DNA of 32,000 bases from a bacterium (GTDB taxonomy: Bacteria > Margulisbacteria > Marinamargulisbacteria > SXXA01): positions 5,506-37,505 of the forward strand of contig RHAI01000010.1 of the NCBI GenBank assembly GCA_010028705.1, given 5' to 3'. Under the pieces are notes generated by a model, which saw only the letters and a list, made by a program, of their open reading frames with translations, was not told the DNA's origin and did not search any database. How positions within the stretch are numbered: position 1 is the first letter of the stretch; the number at the start of each line of letters is the position of its first letter. Below, one piece after another: positions 1 through 8,685 of this stretch. A program made the position numbers and the translations under genes.

Positions 1-186
1 ACATACCGTTCCTAGAATCATGAAGGTAAGAACGCCTTTTGAAAAACATTCTGAACGGTTGGGGCACCTCGCTTCCTGACAAATACTGTTCGGGACCTCG
101 GCTTGCAGGAGTTGAGAAAGTTGTCGGGTAGCTTTTAGTTTTCCGCCTGAGTGACGGAACCACTCTGGTAGTCGTTGTTGTGCCAT
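1..186 (-). CDS. lipA: lipoyl synthase LipA, N-terminal part (gene runs off the left edge)
   Basis: Absent from the ORF track because it is edge-truncated. Reverse-strand reading from ATG at 186 is stop-free to position 1: MAQQRLPEWFRHSGGKLKATRQLSQLLQAEVPNSICQEARCPNRSECFSKGVLTFMILGTVC. It carries the LipA N-terminal CX4CX5C auxiliary-cluster motif (CQEARCPNRSEC) and the FMILG lead-in to the radical-SAM motif. GAGGAGG lies about 10 nt upstream. An in-frame ATG at 216, directly after a TAA, is an alternative start. Confidence 0.8.
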   Translation of the reverse strand, partial: MAQQRLPEWFRHSGGKLKATRQLSQLLQAEVPNSICQEARCPNRSECFSKGVLTFMILGTVC

Positions 187-289
187 CGGTGATGGGCCTC
201 CTCGATCTTCATTCATTTAGGTCTAAAGCTTACCATTTTTTAGGCATTTTGCGACAGCTTGGGTTCCAATGTATATTGTGTGAATAATT

Positions 290-1330
290 ATGAATCACAA
301 AAACCAGCCATTTTTCAAAAAATGGGGTCTACATGTCGTAATAGCTGCGGTCACAATCGTAAGTTTGGGAGGGGTAATGGGGTGTACCGCATATTTGCTC
401 CGACCGCGATCAACGATTGTGAAATTCAAAGTGTTGTATATTCCAAATGGATACAAGGCGAATGACATTGGGGACCTGTTGGTTAAAAATGGAATTATCC
501 GTAGTCAAGCCGCGTTCGTCATTTGGACCAAGATTTCCCGGAAGGACGCGCATTTGTGGGCAGGATATTATAATCTTAGCCCACACTTTTCAGTCCAATT
601 TATTACTCGGATTTTAACGGAGCATACGCCGTATAGCCGTTTAGTGCGCGTGACAATTCCCGAAGGGTATTCCTTACGCCAAATAGCGGGTACCTTGGAG
701 GACCACCAACTCGTTAATGCAGATGACTTTTTGAGGTATGTGCAATACGACGCTAAGCTGGACCTATTAGCGCAGTTTCCCTGGATGATGATGATCCCGA
801 CGCGAAATCTTGAGGGAGTATTGTATCCAGATACCTATTTATTTCCCCCTTCGGCCTCAAAACGTGTTGTTGTTAAGGCAATGTTGTCGGCATTTTCCCG
901 TCAGATTTTGCCTGTCTGGAATGCGTCTAGCTCAAACGCGACGCTTAATTTCTATGATACGTTGATTTTGGCGTCCATGGTCGAAAAGGAGTCGGTAATG
1001 CCGAACGAAATGTCGACGATTTCAGGCGTGTTCTATAATCGGTTAAAAAAAAATATGCCACTGGCATCCGATCCGACGGTGATATATTCGCTTGGACTGG
1101 ATTGGAAAAAGACAGTCTTCTACCGTGATTTGCGCGTCGATTCGCCATATAATACGTATCGAAGGCGAGGGCTTCCGCCGACCCCGATTTCGGCCCCCGG
1201 TTTGAGTTCGTTTAAGGCGGCCATTGCACCCGAATCAACCAACTACTTATTTTTTGTGGCGGATAAAAACAATTCTGGGAGGCATATATTTTCAACGACT
1301 TATTCCGCACATTTGTCGGCTCAACGGTAG
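290..1330 (+). CDS. mltG: endolytic murein transglycosylase MltG (YceG family)
   Basis: 346-aa ORF with an N-terminal TM helix. The C-terminal half has YceG signatures (LASDPTVIYSLG, YNTYRRRGLPPTPISAPG, YLFFVA...G.H.FS.T...H). Confidence 0.9.
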   Translation: MNHKNQPFFKKWGLHVVIAAVTIVSLGGVMGCTAYLLRPRSTIVKFKVLYIPNGYKANDIGDLLVKNGIIRSQAAFVIWTKISRKDAHLWAGYYNLSPHFSVQFITRILTEHTPYSRLVRVTIPEGYSLRQIAGTLEDHQLVNADDFLRYVQYDAKLDLLAQFPWMMMIPTRNLEGVLYPDTYLFPPSASKRVVVKAMLSAFSRQILPVWNASSSNATLNFYDTLILASMVEKESVMPNEMSTISGVFYNRLKKNMPLASDPTVIYSLGLDWKKTVFYRDLRVDSPYNTYRRRGLPPTPISAPGLSSFKAAIAPESTNYLFFVADKNNSGRHIFSTTYSAHLSAQR

Positions 1331-2121
1331 TGGAATTATTGTTTGGCCTCGGTTTCGTCACGTATCTTTTGGTATTTTTAGCCGGAATTGTTGGTGGCTT
1401 AATTAATGCCGCGGCGGGTGGTGGTATGTTCGTTTTATTCCCTATGCTGATTTTTTGTGGGGTGTCATCTGTGTCGGCGAGTGCAACGACATCGATGGCG
1501 GTATTACCGGGGACAATGGCCGCTGCATGGACCTATCGACAGGCGCTGTCGCACTCGAAGCCCGCGGCGGTTTGGGTGGCAGTTTTTAGTGCGCTAGGAG
1601 GAATTATCGGCGGATATTTGCTGTTATGGATCGATAACCATTCGTTTGCACGATTGGCTCCGTTTTTAATGCTATTCGCAACCATTATGTTTACGATTAG
1701 CCCCTGGTTACAGAATTTGACGATGGTCTCAGGTCGACATCCGAGACGAGTGGCCGGTTTGAAAATTGCGGTTCTGTTGTTTTTGTTTGGTAATTTTATT
1801 TATGGTGGTTTTTTCGGTGCGGGAATGGGAATTATGATGTTAGCTGGTTTAACGCTCTATGGAATGACTGATATCCACACAATGAATGCGTTGCGGACGA
1901 TTGCGTCTGTCAGCGCCAATTCAATCGCCGGTATACTGTTCATTCACGCCGGAGTAGTGGATATGAAATTTTTGGCCCCACTGGCATCCGGAACAATTTT
2001 GGGAGGATTGTTCGGTAGTCGTCACTTTAGATCAGTTCGAAATGACTTGATGCGGCGGTCAATTACAATTTTGGCGTGGCTATTAACTGCACTTACCTTT
2101 GCCATGAGGTATTTGCGTTAA
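1330..2121 (+). CDS. TauE/SafE (DUF81) family anion exporter/permease
   Basis: 263-aa polytopic hydrophobic ORF with Gly-rich helices (GGLINAAAGGGMF, GGFFGAGMGIMM) typical of DUF81. GTG start overlaps the mltG stop by 1 nt. Confidence 0.8.
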   Translation: MELLFGLGFVTYLLVFLAGIVGGLINAAAGGGMFVLFPMLIFCGVSSVSASATTSMAVLPGTMAAAWTYRQALSHSKPAAVWVAVFSALGGIIGGYLLLWIDNHSFARLAPFLMLFATIMFTISPWLQNLTMVSGRHPRRVAGLKIAVLLFLFGNFIYGGFFGAGMGIMMLAGLTLYGMTDIHTMNALRTIASVSANSIAGILFIHAGVVDMKFLAPLASGTILGGLFGSRHFRSVRNDLMRRSITILAWLLTALTFAMRYLR

Positions 2122-2330
2122 TCCTGATAATTATCGAGTAAACATGGCTTGGTATTTGTGGTGCAGTTGCCCAGACTGTACCGAATGGTAATTTCATGGG
2201 TTATTGGAAGTGAGATTGAATCCGTAACTGTTATCGATCGGCACTAGGGCTTCTTGACGCAGGACCTGGATCGCTGGAAGGTTGCAGGCGCCGGTCGGAT
2301 TCCTTTTGCTAGTTTCTCAACGTAGTAGTG

Positions 2331-2352
2331 CACCGCGTCCGGTGTTTTATTC
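2331..2352 (+). terminator. candidate intrinsic terminator on the + strand, about 210 nt downstream of the permease stop
   Basis: Hairpin CACCG-cgtc-CGGTG (2331-2344) followed by TTTTATT. The stem is only 5 bp plus a G-U pair. Confidence 0.4.
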
Positions 2353-2588
2353 CAGTGGCATAGCCTTTTGTCATTGCTCGAGATTTTAATCGTACGATTT
2401 TAGCGATGCGTTTGTGACTGTCCCTGGTCATTGGGGAAGTTCAGCGATCCTGGATAGAGGGGGGCACTTTCCTTCTGCACTGAAGGCTACAAAACCATAA
2501 TAGCGGATTTAGTATACGTTGTGGCCATTCGTATGTCCCCGGGATATGTTTTCTGTAAAAACCATCCCGGTGACTAAGGAATATGGCC

Positions 2589-4700
2589 CTATGATTCCGA
2601 TTTGGCGGTGTTTTGTGCAACCGTTGAGTTGGTTTGCTGAGGCGTGGTGCTTTGCGGTTTCTTTTTCTTTTTCCGACGTTTGCGTTTTCGTGACCCTATT
2701 CCTTGAGTATCTTCCGATCGGCGAATATCGAGAACGTTGAGGCGAAGAATATCCTTTGCATAGCGTCCACGACCCTTTTTTACCACTTCGATGAAGAAAA
2801 TAATATCAAAAGTACCGTAAGGATTGGTATTCACTAATTGGGAATATTTTTCCCACAATCCGAAGCCTACCGAATCGAGTCGGCGTTGGTTGGGTTGGTT
2901 TTTCCGTTGAGGACCTTCGGATACAGTAAATTCGACGTGAGGGGTTCGCGCTTCTTGGTATTTATTTCCAAACGCACGGCCACGGCTCAATGAGCAGCCT
3001 TTCAAGTAAAAAATTGGATAATCGAACGCCTGCCCATACGGCACCAACAAGTCTAATTTTTTAACGATTTCAAAGTTAATTTGCCCAAATCGAATCGTAT
3101 CTAGAATTTCATACGAATATTCGAATTGCTCCATCGTTAATTTTGCCATCTCGGTTCGGACTGCCTCAAGAAAGAATGGAACGTTCGACCGGTGGAGTGT
3201 GAACCCACAGGCTTGGGCGTGACCACCGAATGCATTGATGATTCGCTTGCCAAATTGAGTCGATACCTCAGTTTGGAATAATGGTTTCCCGAATTTTGTT
3301 TCGAATTCGTCGCCGACGGAGTCAATGATGTGGTACATGTTAATCGTGGGAATACTTCTAACAGACCCTCGAATGTAATCGCTCCCATCGTACTCGGTTA
3401 AAATCATTGCTGGGCGTAAAAAGCGATCTTTGAGCCGATCGGTGTCAATGCCAATGACGCCGGGATTCCAGTTCTTTCCCTGGACGATGATAATCCGATC
3501 AGTTTGAGGGTCAACTTGATTTTCGATCAATTCATCGATTTCGTCTTCAATTTTACTGGTAATAAATTTCCGTTTTTCATTCACTTCATCGACCACAGCG
3601 GCTTCACCAATGGCATCTCCCGTGGATTGAGTTCGAGCTTTTTTCTCCATGTCGAATACGGAAGTGAATTTTTCTAATATTTTCATTGCCATTTTCGCAT
3701 TTTTTTGGCCCGTTCCGATCAGTAATAGGTCGAGAACGATTCGCGAATCCGGAATGCCTTCATCACGGTCACCAATCCGGCCTGGAGCGTTGAGCCGAGG
3801 AACTATGGTTCGGCCTATCTCACGAGACTTCAATTCTTTGTAGTTGCTACGACTCACTTCTTTGAGTGCACGAAGCCCTTCCATTTGACTTCGATTCAAC
3901 GCATCGACCCCGCGGCTGACCAAGATTCGATTCATTGGATTTAGGAATGACATTCTGTCTGAAATTGTTCCCAGCGCAACGAGTGCCAGTAGGTAGTCAA
4001 GAAACTCCGGGGACGGCGTTTCTCCCATTTGGTCGAATACGGCTAAAACTAATTTGAACGCGACACCCGCTCCGGAAAGCCCTTTGAAGAAACTAGGACC
4101 TTCAAATTTGTGTGGGTTAACCAACGCTAACGATTTTGGGAGATTTCTACCTAAAACGTGGTGATCGCAAATGATGACGTCAAGATCCATCGAGTTTGCG
4201 TAATCGGTGGCTTCAACGTCTTTTGAACCGCAATCGGATGTAATGATGAGTTTGCATCCTAGTTTTTTGGCTTCATCAATAATTCGAGGCTGTAATCCGT
4301 GACCTTCTTTTGCTCGGGTCGGGAAGTCGTAAAAGGCTTCTCCACCCAATTCCCGAATGGACGCGACTAGGATTGTGCCTCCGGAGATTCCGTCAGCGTC
4401 AGGGTCGCCATTCACCATAATTCGCTCGCCATTTTTTAATGCTTCAACAATACGGTTGGTGGCTGCGGTTAGATCGGATTTGGACGTCAAGTCGGCATAG
4501 TCGGTGATCAGTGCCTCGGGCGGGGTGATAAAGTTTAATATTTCGTCATCTAAACCGTCTCCGATATTTCGGACCAATAACAGTCGGGCCAAAAGTGGGT
4601 CGATTTTAAATTTTTCGGCGTATTCCTGAATTTGTTGTTGATCAACCTCAACGATATGCCAACGTTCGCGATGCAAACTTTCTGTGACCTGGTTTTTCAT
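2589..4700 (-). CDS. recJ: single-stranded-DNA-specific exonuclease RecJ (DHH/DHHA1) with a basic C-terminal tail
   Basis: 703 aa. DHH motifs are present (VNGDPDADGISGG, ITSDCG, ICDHHV) along with DHHA1 GGHAQACGF. AAAGGA Shine-Dalgarno lies upstream of ATG 4700. Confidence 0.9.
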   Translation of the reverse strand: MKNQVTESLHRERWHIVEVDQQQIQEYAEKFKIDPLLARLLLVRNIGDGLDDEILNFITPPEALITDYADLTSKSDLTAATNRIVEALKNGERIMVNGDPDADGISGGTILVASIRELGGEAFYDFPTRAKEGHGLQPRIIDEAKKLGCKLIITSDCGSKDVEATDYANSMDLDVIICDHHVLGRNLPKSLALVNPHKFEGPSFFKGLSGAGVAFKLVLAVFDQMGETPSPEFLDYLLALVALGTISDRMSFLNPMNRILVSRGVDALNRSQMEGLRALKEVSRSNYKELKSREIGRTIVPRLNAPGRIGDRDEGIPDSRIVLDLLLIGTGQKNAKMAMKILEKFTSVFDMEKKARTQSTGDAIGEAAVVDEVNEKRKFITSKIEDEIDELIENQVDPQTDRIIIVQGKNWNPGVIGIDTDRLKDRFLRPAMILTEYDGSDYIRGSVRSIPTINMYHIIDSVGDEFETKFGKPLFQTEVSTQFGKRIINAFGGHAQACGFTLHRSNVPFFLEAVRTEMAKLTMEQFEYSYEILDTIRFGQINFEIVKKLDLLVPYGQAFDYPIFYLKGCSLSRGRAFGNKYQEARTPHVEFTVSEGPQRKNQPNQRRLDSVGFGLWEKYSQLVNTNPYGTFDIIFFIEVVKKGRGRYAKDILRLNVLDIRRSEDTQGIGSRKRKRRKKKKKPQSTTPQQTNSTVAQNTAKSES

Positions 4701-4861
4701 AAGTCATTTATTCCTTTAGGTGTTAGATAAATATTAAAAGGTGGACCATTCGGGCAGATTTGCTGAATGTATCATTATCGATGGATTCCCGTTGGTTTGG
4801 GTGGATCCCCACCACCAATACGACATTTTAGCGGAGTAGTGTTTGGTTGCTCTCCGTTACT

Positions 4862-7465
4862 TTACTGGCTTAGATTGTAACTACCTTTAATCTTGCTGAC
4901 AACTTCAAAAAGATTTTTTGATATTCCCGGCGTGTCTAAAATTTCAGTAAGGACGGCATCAATTTTCGTTTGACGGGAGTAGTCGCATCGAGCGGCTCGC
5001 TGGAATGCAAGGGCAACCCGTGCGGCAATTTGTGGATTGTGTGGATCAAGGTCTCGAATCTGTTGACCCACCCACTGATAACCTCGCCCTGACGGGCAGT
5101 GAAAATGGGGTAAATTTTGGGCAAAGCTACCGACTAATGCTCGAAATTGATTGGGGATAAGTCGATCGAATTTGGGATGATTCCGTAACACTTCTACTCG
5201 GGCAGGTGTCGATCCATGACTCGAGCTGGCCTGAACGGTAAACCACTTATTCACCACTAAAGGCTCGTGCTGCCATTGAGCGAAATAGCGCTCAACAGCT
5301 TCAAGAGATTTGTCGGATTCGGCCGGGGTATTTAGGAGTGCGGATAAAGCGGCAAGTTGATCGGTCATATTTGATGCTGTTTGAAACTGTATCCAGGCGG
5401 TGTCAGGCGATAATTCAGATAAAAGACTGAGCAGGGTATTCCTAAGGCGTCTGTTGCCGATTTGTTCCGCGGTCGGTTTGTAATCGTCGACGGGGTGTAA
5501 CAACAGGTAACGGTCGTGGATCAACGTGTGAAATTTTTGAGCCACCCACTGGAACAGTTTGCGACGATTGTCGGTGAGTCGTTCGATATCAAATGTCGGG
5601 GTCAGCTCGAGCAATCGGTTGAGTGTGGGGAATTGCAAACAAGCCGCCGCTAACGCTGGGTCAATCGATGGATCCGCTATTAATCGGGCAATCGCGTTGT
5701 CAAGCGACGGGCTGACCGTCATGTCTCCATCGCTAATGAGTAGTGATTCATATAATTTTTGAGATGAATCGAATCGGTTGACCGGGTCGCAATCGTAACT
5801 AAGTAGATGAGCGAGCTGTTCGGTTGAATACGGGTAGTCATAGGTGACGGGAGCGCTTAAATTTTGGAAAATTGAAGTAGAAAAAATCTCTGATTCTGTA
5901 CTAATCGAGATGCTTTGGGTGGTGGTGGTCAGGATGACGATGGGTTGTGTACTGGGTTCTCCGGAATCAATGGTGACTACGCATGCGGCTCCCGATGGGG
6001 TGTAAAACTGCAACGATATTGGAATGACGAATGGTAATTTTTTAGTGGTTTCTGGGGTGTCACGACAGGTCTGGTCGAATGTCAGCCCCCGAAGTCTCGG
6101 CCCCTCGTATATTGGGGTTACGGTCACGTGGGGTGTCCCCGCTTGGTGGTACCATCGTCGAAATTGTGTGAGATCTATCGATGCGCCTTCTTCAATTGAG
6201 GTCACAAAATCCTCAGTGGTGACAGCTTGGCCGTCGTACCGATCAAAATAAATATCGGTTCCCCGACGGTAACCGGTAGTTCCGGCGATTAATGCCATCA
6301 TGCGGATGATTTCTGCGCCTTTATTGTATACGGTAGATGTGTAGAAATTGTTGATTTCGATGTACGACTTGGGCTGGATAGGATGGGCCATAGGCCCGGC
6401 GTCTTCGGTGAATTGAGCCTCTTTTAATGTGCGGACATCCGCAATTCGTTTTATCCCTCGTGAATTCATGTCGGAGGAAAATTCTTGATCTCGATAGACG
6501 GTGAGTCCTTCTTTGAGGGTTAACTGGAACCAGTTTCGACATGTAATTCGATTGCCCGTCCAGTTATGGAAATATTCATGGGCAACAACGCCCTCGATAT
6601 TCATGTAGTCGGCATCTGTGGCCGTTTTGGGATCGGCTAAAATATAGGCTGAGTTAAATATATTGAGGCCTTTGTTTTCCATAGCGCCCATGTTAAAGGA
6701 ATCGATGGCCACAATCATAAATCGATCCAGATCATATTCCCGTCCGTACTGCTGTTCATCCCAAGCCATGGCACGCTTTAAAGACTCCATTGCATAATGA
6801 CATCGGTCGCCAACCCCACGATCGGAGTAAATCTGGAGTAGAATGTTTCGCCCCGACATCGTCGTAAATTGATCCTCGATGACATCAAAATTTCCGGCCA
6901 CTAACGCAAATAAATACGACGGCTTGGGGAATGGATCCACCCAAGTTACCGAATGACGATTATTGTCCAATTCAGTTGATGCAACGGGATTTCCGTTTGA
7001 CAGCAGATATGGGAATTGAACTTTATCTGCAATGACGGTAGTGGTAAATCGGCTCATATTATCAGGACGATCGTAGAAATAGGTGATTTTCCGAAATCCT
7101 TCGGGCTCATTTTGCGTGCAGTAAGTATTTTTTACGAAATACAGGCCGTCTAATTCAGTATTGGTAATCGGGGAGATAATGGTTTCTACCGTGATCGTTC
7201 GGCGATTTGAAAACGGTGAGATGATTAATTCGTCGTTCACTAACTTCCATTCAATCGAGTCCACGTCACAGCTAATTGAACCGAATGTGATTTGTTCTCC
7301 ATTTAACCTCAGTGGCTGATTGTCCCAATGGGGGGATGGTTCGATTGTCATGCAATTAATCACCCGAGTCTGACTCGGATGAAGATAGACCGTCAGTTTC
7401 GTTTCCGGTATTAAGTAGGGGAGCTCTTTATAATCTTCAATGAGTATTGTCGATGGCGTGCTCAC
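4862..7465 (-). CDS. pepN: aminopeptidase N (M1 family)
   Basis: 867 aa with the GAMEN exopeptidase motif (MGAMENKGLNIF) and the zinc site HEYFHNWTGNRITCRNWFQLTLKEG (HEXXH-X18-E). GTG start at 7465 is preceded by AAAGGAG. Confidence 0.92.
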   Translation of the reverse strand: MSTPSTILIEDYKELPYLIPETKLTVYLHPSQTRVINCMTIEPSPHWDNQPLRLNGEQITFGSISCDVDSIEWKLVNDELIISPFSNRRTITVETIISPITNTELDGLYFVKNTYCTQNEPEGFRKITYFYDRPDNMSRFTTTVIADKVQFPYLLSNGNPVASTELDNNRHSVTWVDPFPKPSYLFALVAGNFDVIEDQFTTMSGRNILLQIYSDRGVGDRCHYAMESLKRAMAWDEQQYGREYDLDRFMIVAIDSFNMGAMENKGLNIFNSAYILADPKTATDADYMNIEGVVAHEYFHNWTGNRITCRNWFQLTLKEGLTVYRDQEFSSDMNSRGIKRIADVRTLKEAQFTEDAGPMAHPIQPKSYIEINNFYTSTVYNKGAEIIRMMALIAGTTGYRRGTDIYFDRYDGQAVTTEDFVTSIEEGASIDLTQFRRWYHQAGTPHVTVTPIYEGPRLRGLTFDQTCRDTPETTKKLPFVIPISLQFYTPSGAACVVTIDSGEPSTQPIVILTTTTQSISISTESEIFSTSIFQNLSAPVTYDYPYSTEQLAHLLSYDCDPVNRFDSSQKLYESLLISDGDMTVSPSLDNAIARLIADPSIDPALAAACLQFPTLNRLLELTPTFDIERLTDNRRKLFQWVAQKFHTLIHDRYLLLHPVDDYKPTAEQIGNRRLRNTLLSLLSELSPDTAWIQFQTASNMTDQLAALSALLNTPAESDKSLEAVERYFAQWQHEPLVVNKWFTVQASSSHGSTPARVEVLRNHPKFDRLIPNQFRALVGSFAQNLPHFHCPSGRGYQWVGQQIRDLDPHNPQIAARVALAFQRAARCDYSRQTKIDAVLTEILDTPGISKNLFEVVSKIKGSYNLSQ

Positions 7466-7616
7466 TAGGGACTCCTTTGATTGCTGGGTGATTGGATTGA
7501 GATTTTATGCGGTTAGCGACGGTGTTTAAATGCCGCAATAGCCAGATAAATAACAGTCCATGGATGGAAAAGTAGGCGATGGCGCCGCCAATTAATACCT
7601 GACGAGGGGATATCAT
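7437..7616 (-). CDS. hypothetical 59-aa single-pass membrane protein (below ORF-track cutoff)
   Basis: Hand translation: MISPRQVLIGGAIAYFSIHGLLFIWLLRHLNTVANRIKSQSNHPAIKGVPSEHAIDNTH, with one hydrophobic helix followed by basic residues. The ATG sits 6 nt downstream of a TATAAT box (leaderless geometry). The 3' end overlaps the pepN start by about 29 nt in another frame. Confidence 0.25.
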   Translation of the reverse strand: MISPRQVLIGGAIAYFSIHGLLFIWLLRHLNTVANRIKSQSNHPAIKGVPSEHAIDNTH

Positions 7617-7622
7617 CGTCGG

Positions 7623-7628
7623 ATTATA
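7623..7628 (-). promoter_or_regulatory. candidate -10 box (TATAAT), promoter for the small ORF and/or pepN
   Basis: Minus strand reads TTAAGA-N17-TATAAT-ccgacg-ATG, a perfect -10 with a 4/6 -35. Confidence 0.3.
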
Positions 7629-7676
7629 CCGGGATGTGGGGCTATTCTTAAAGGGCTCGTCCGAGGTGCGGGGTGG

Positions 7677-8567
7677 TTATGTCGACGATCCGATGAGTCC
7701 GCTTAAGTAGTAGTATTCCTTTAAAAACCACACGGCGAATTGGTGCTTGGCGGGAGTTCTGGATTGCCGCCACGAGTCCATTTGTTTAAGCCACTTACCC
7801 TCGGCCGATGTTAACCGAAAAATAAGCTGCGACAACGGGTTTATTCCTAGAAATGTTTTTAATTCAGGATGTTTTTTGAGCATGATTCGTGCGGATTCAC
7901 CTTTTTTTACGTTTCGGTGAATTTCCTCGATTTCCGACACCACATGATAATGAAAATTAATCGCGTCTTTTAAATACACTAGTGGATGTCCACCTTGGGT
8001 TAACCGGTAGCCTAATTCAAGGTCTTCCCAGCCATAGCCTTGGAAGTCCATATCGAACCCACCATAAGCCTCAAATAAATGTTTTGGAATGGATAGATTG
8101 CCCGTCAAAAAGTAGTACCATCCCAATTTTGATCGGTCTTTAAAATTGCGATGAATATAGGGTGATAGTTTGGTGTCGACTGGGGGCCAATGTAACTCGG
8201 ACATATTTAAGGTGACGCCCTCAAAGCAGGTAGGAATTGTCGTGGCGTTATGGGCGGCTAAATGGGTACTCAGTAAGTGTGGATTGGGGATCATGTCGGC
8301 ATCGGTAATAAATATGTAATCACCTGTTGCTTCGGAAACGCCGCGGTTTCGTGCTCCAGATTTGCCGTTATTTTCTTGAATCACCGATCTAAATGAAAAA
8401 TCGGGATTAAACGTGCGTAATAGGTCATGGGTTCCATCTGTTGAACCTGAATCGACCACGATTAGCTCAAAAAGATGGGGGGAGAGTGTTTGGCTTTTAA
8501 AGCCATTTAAAACGCGAGAGAGTGCATCGCATTGATTTAAGGTGCCGATTACCACGCTAATCATCAT
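7677..8567 (-). CDS. glycosyltransferase family 2
   Basis: 296 aa. The N-terminal GT-A signature is ISVVIGTLNQ...ELIVVDSGSTDGT, followed by a DAD (DXD-like) motif in FITDADM. Confidence 0.85.
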   Translation of the reverse strand: MMISVVIGTLNQCDALSRVLNGFKSQTLSPHLFELIVVDSGSTDGTHDLLRTFNPDFSFRSVIQENNGKSGARNRGVSEATGDYIFITDADMIPNPHLLSTHLAAHNATTIPTCFEGVTLNMSELHWPPVDTKLSPYIHRNFKDRSKLGWYYFLTGNLSIPKHLFEAYGGFDMDFQGYGWEDLELGYRLTQGGHPLVYLKDAINFHYHVVSEIEEIHRNVKKGESARIMLKKHPELKTFLGINPLSQLIFRLTSAEGKWLKQMDSWRQSRTPAKHQFAVWFLKEYYYLSGLIGSST

Positions 8568-8573
8568 CGGGCG

Positions 8574-8582
8574 ATTATACCA
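8574..8582 (-). promoter_or_regulatory. candidate extended -10 promoter (TGgTATAAT) abutting the GT2 start codon
   Basis: Minus strand reads TGGTATAAT-cgcccg-ATGATG, so the -10 ends 6 nt before the ATG at 8567. No Shine-Dalgarno can fit, which implies a leaderless or near-leaderless transcript. Confidence 0.35.
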
Positions 8583-8685
8583 GCATTTACTCTAGAATGA
8601 GTAATCCGATATTATTCTACTGGTTAAAATAAACGGCGTATCATGACCCCATAAATTGCTACCACGAGCTAAAAGGAATATTACA

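Noticed and set aside
60-240. Initially considered a structured RNA (tmRNA, riboswitch or tRNA-like) because no ORF was listed
   Set aside because: Hand translation of the minus strand shows it is the 5' end of lipA. No tRNA T-arm or tmRNA tag frame is present.
259-465. 68-aa + strand ORF overlapping the mltG start
   Set aside because: It is in a different frame from the well-supported mltG, with no motif and no ribosome-binding site.
2144-2191. 15-codon mini-ORF MAWYLWCSCPDCTEW (Trp/Cys-rich) just after the permease stop
   Set aside because: It is eye-catching, but it has no Shine-Dalgarno, no adjacent modification or export genes, and it is too short to distinguish from chance.
2258-2300. 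SRP (4.5S) RNA-like string CAGGACC...GGAAGG..GCAGGC
   Set aside because: It resembles the conserved CAGGUCCGGAAGGAAGCAGC core only if an 8-nt insertion is ignored. That insertion would destroy the GNRA tetraloop, and I could not find the required long 5'/3' pairing. An Rfam scan is needed before any call.
2309-2431. 40-aa very basic minus-strand ORF (MTRDSHKRIAKIVRLKSRAMTKGYATGIKHRTRCTTTLRN)
   Set aside because: It has no Shine-Dalgarno or promoter, it reads straight through the + strand terminator hairpin, and it resembles no ribosomal or toxin family I recognise.
2539-2570. 7-bp hairpin 19 nt downstream of the recJ stop, considered as an intrinsic terminator
   Set aside because: It has an 18-nt loop and no U-tract on the minus strand. 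It is recorded only as a structure within the spacer finding.
2519-2740. 73-aa + strand ORF
   Set aside because: Most of it is antisense to the recJ 3' end (the Lys-rich tail gives a Phe/Ser-rich shadow), and no Shine-Dalgarno is present.
4790-4830. GGTGG-atcc-CCACC hairpin downstream of the pepN stop, considered as a terminator
   Set aside because: It has a 5-bp stem and no following U-tract on the minus strand. recJ, 160 nt downstream, may simply be co-transcribed or have its own promoter.
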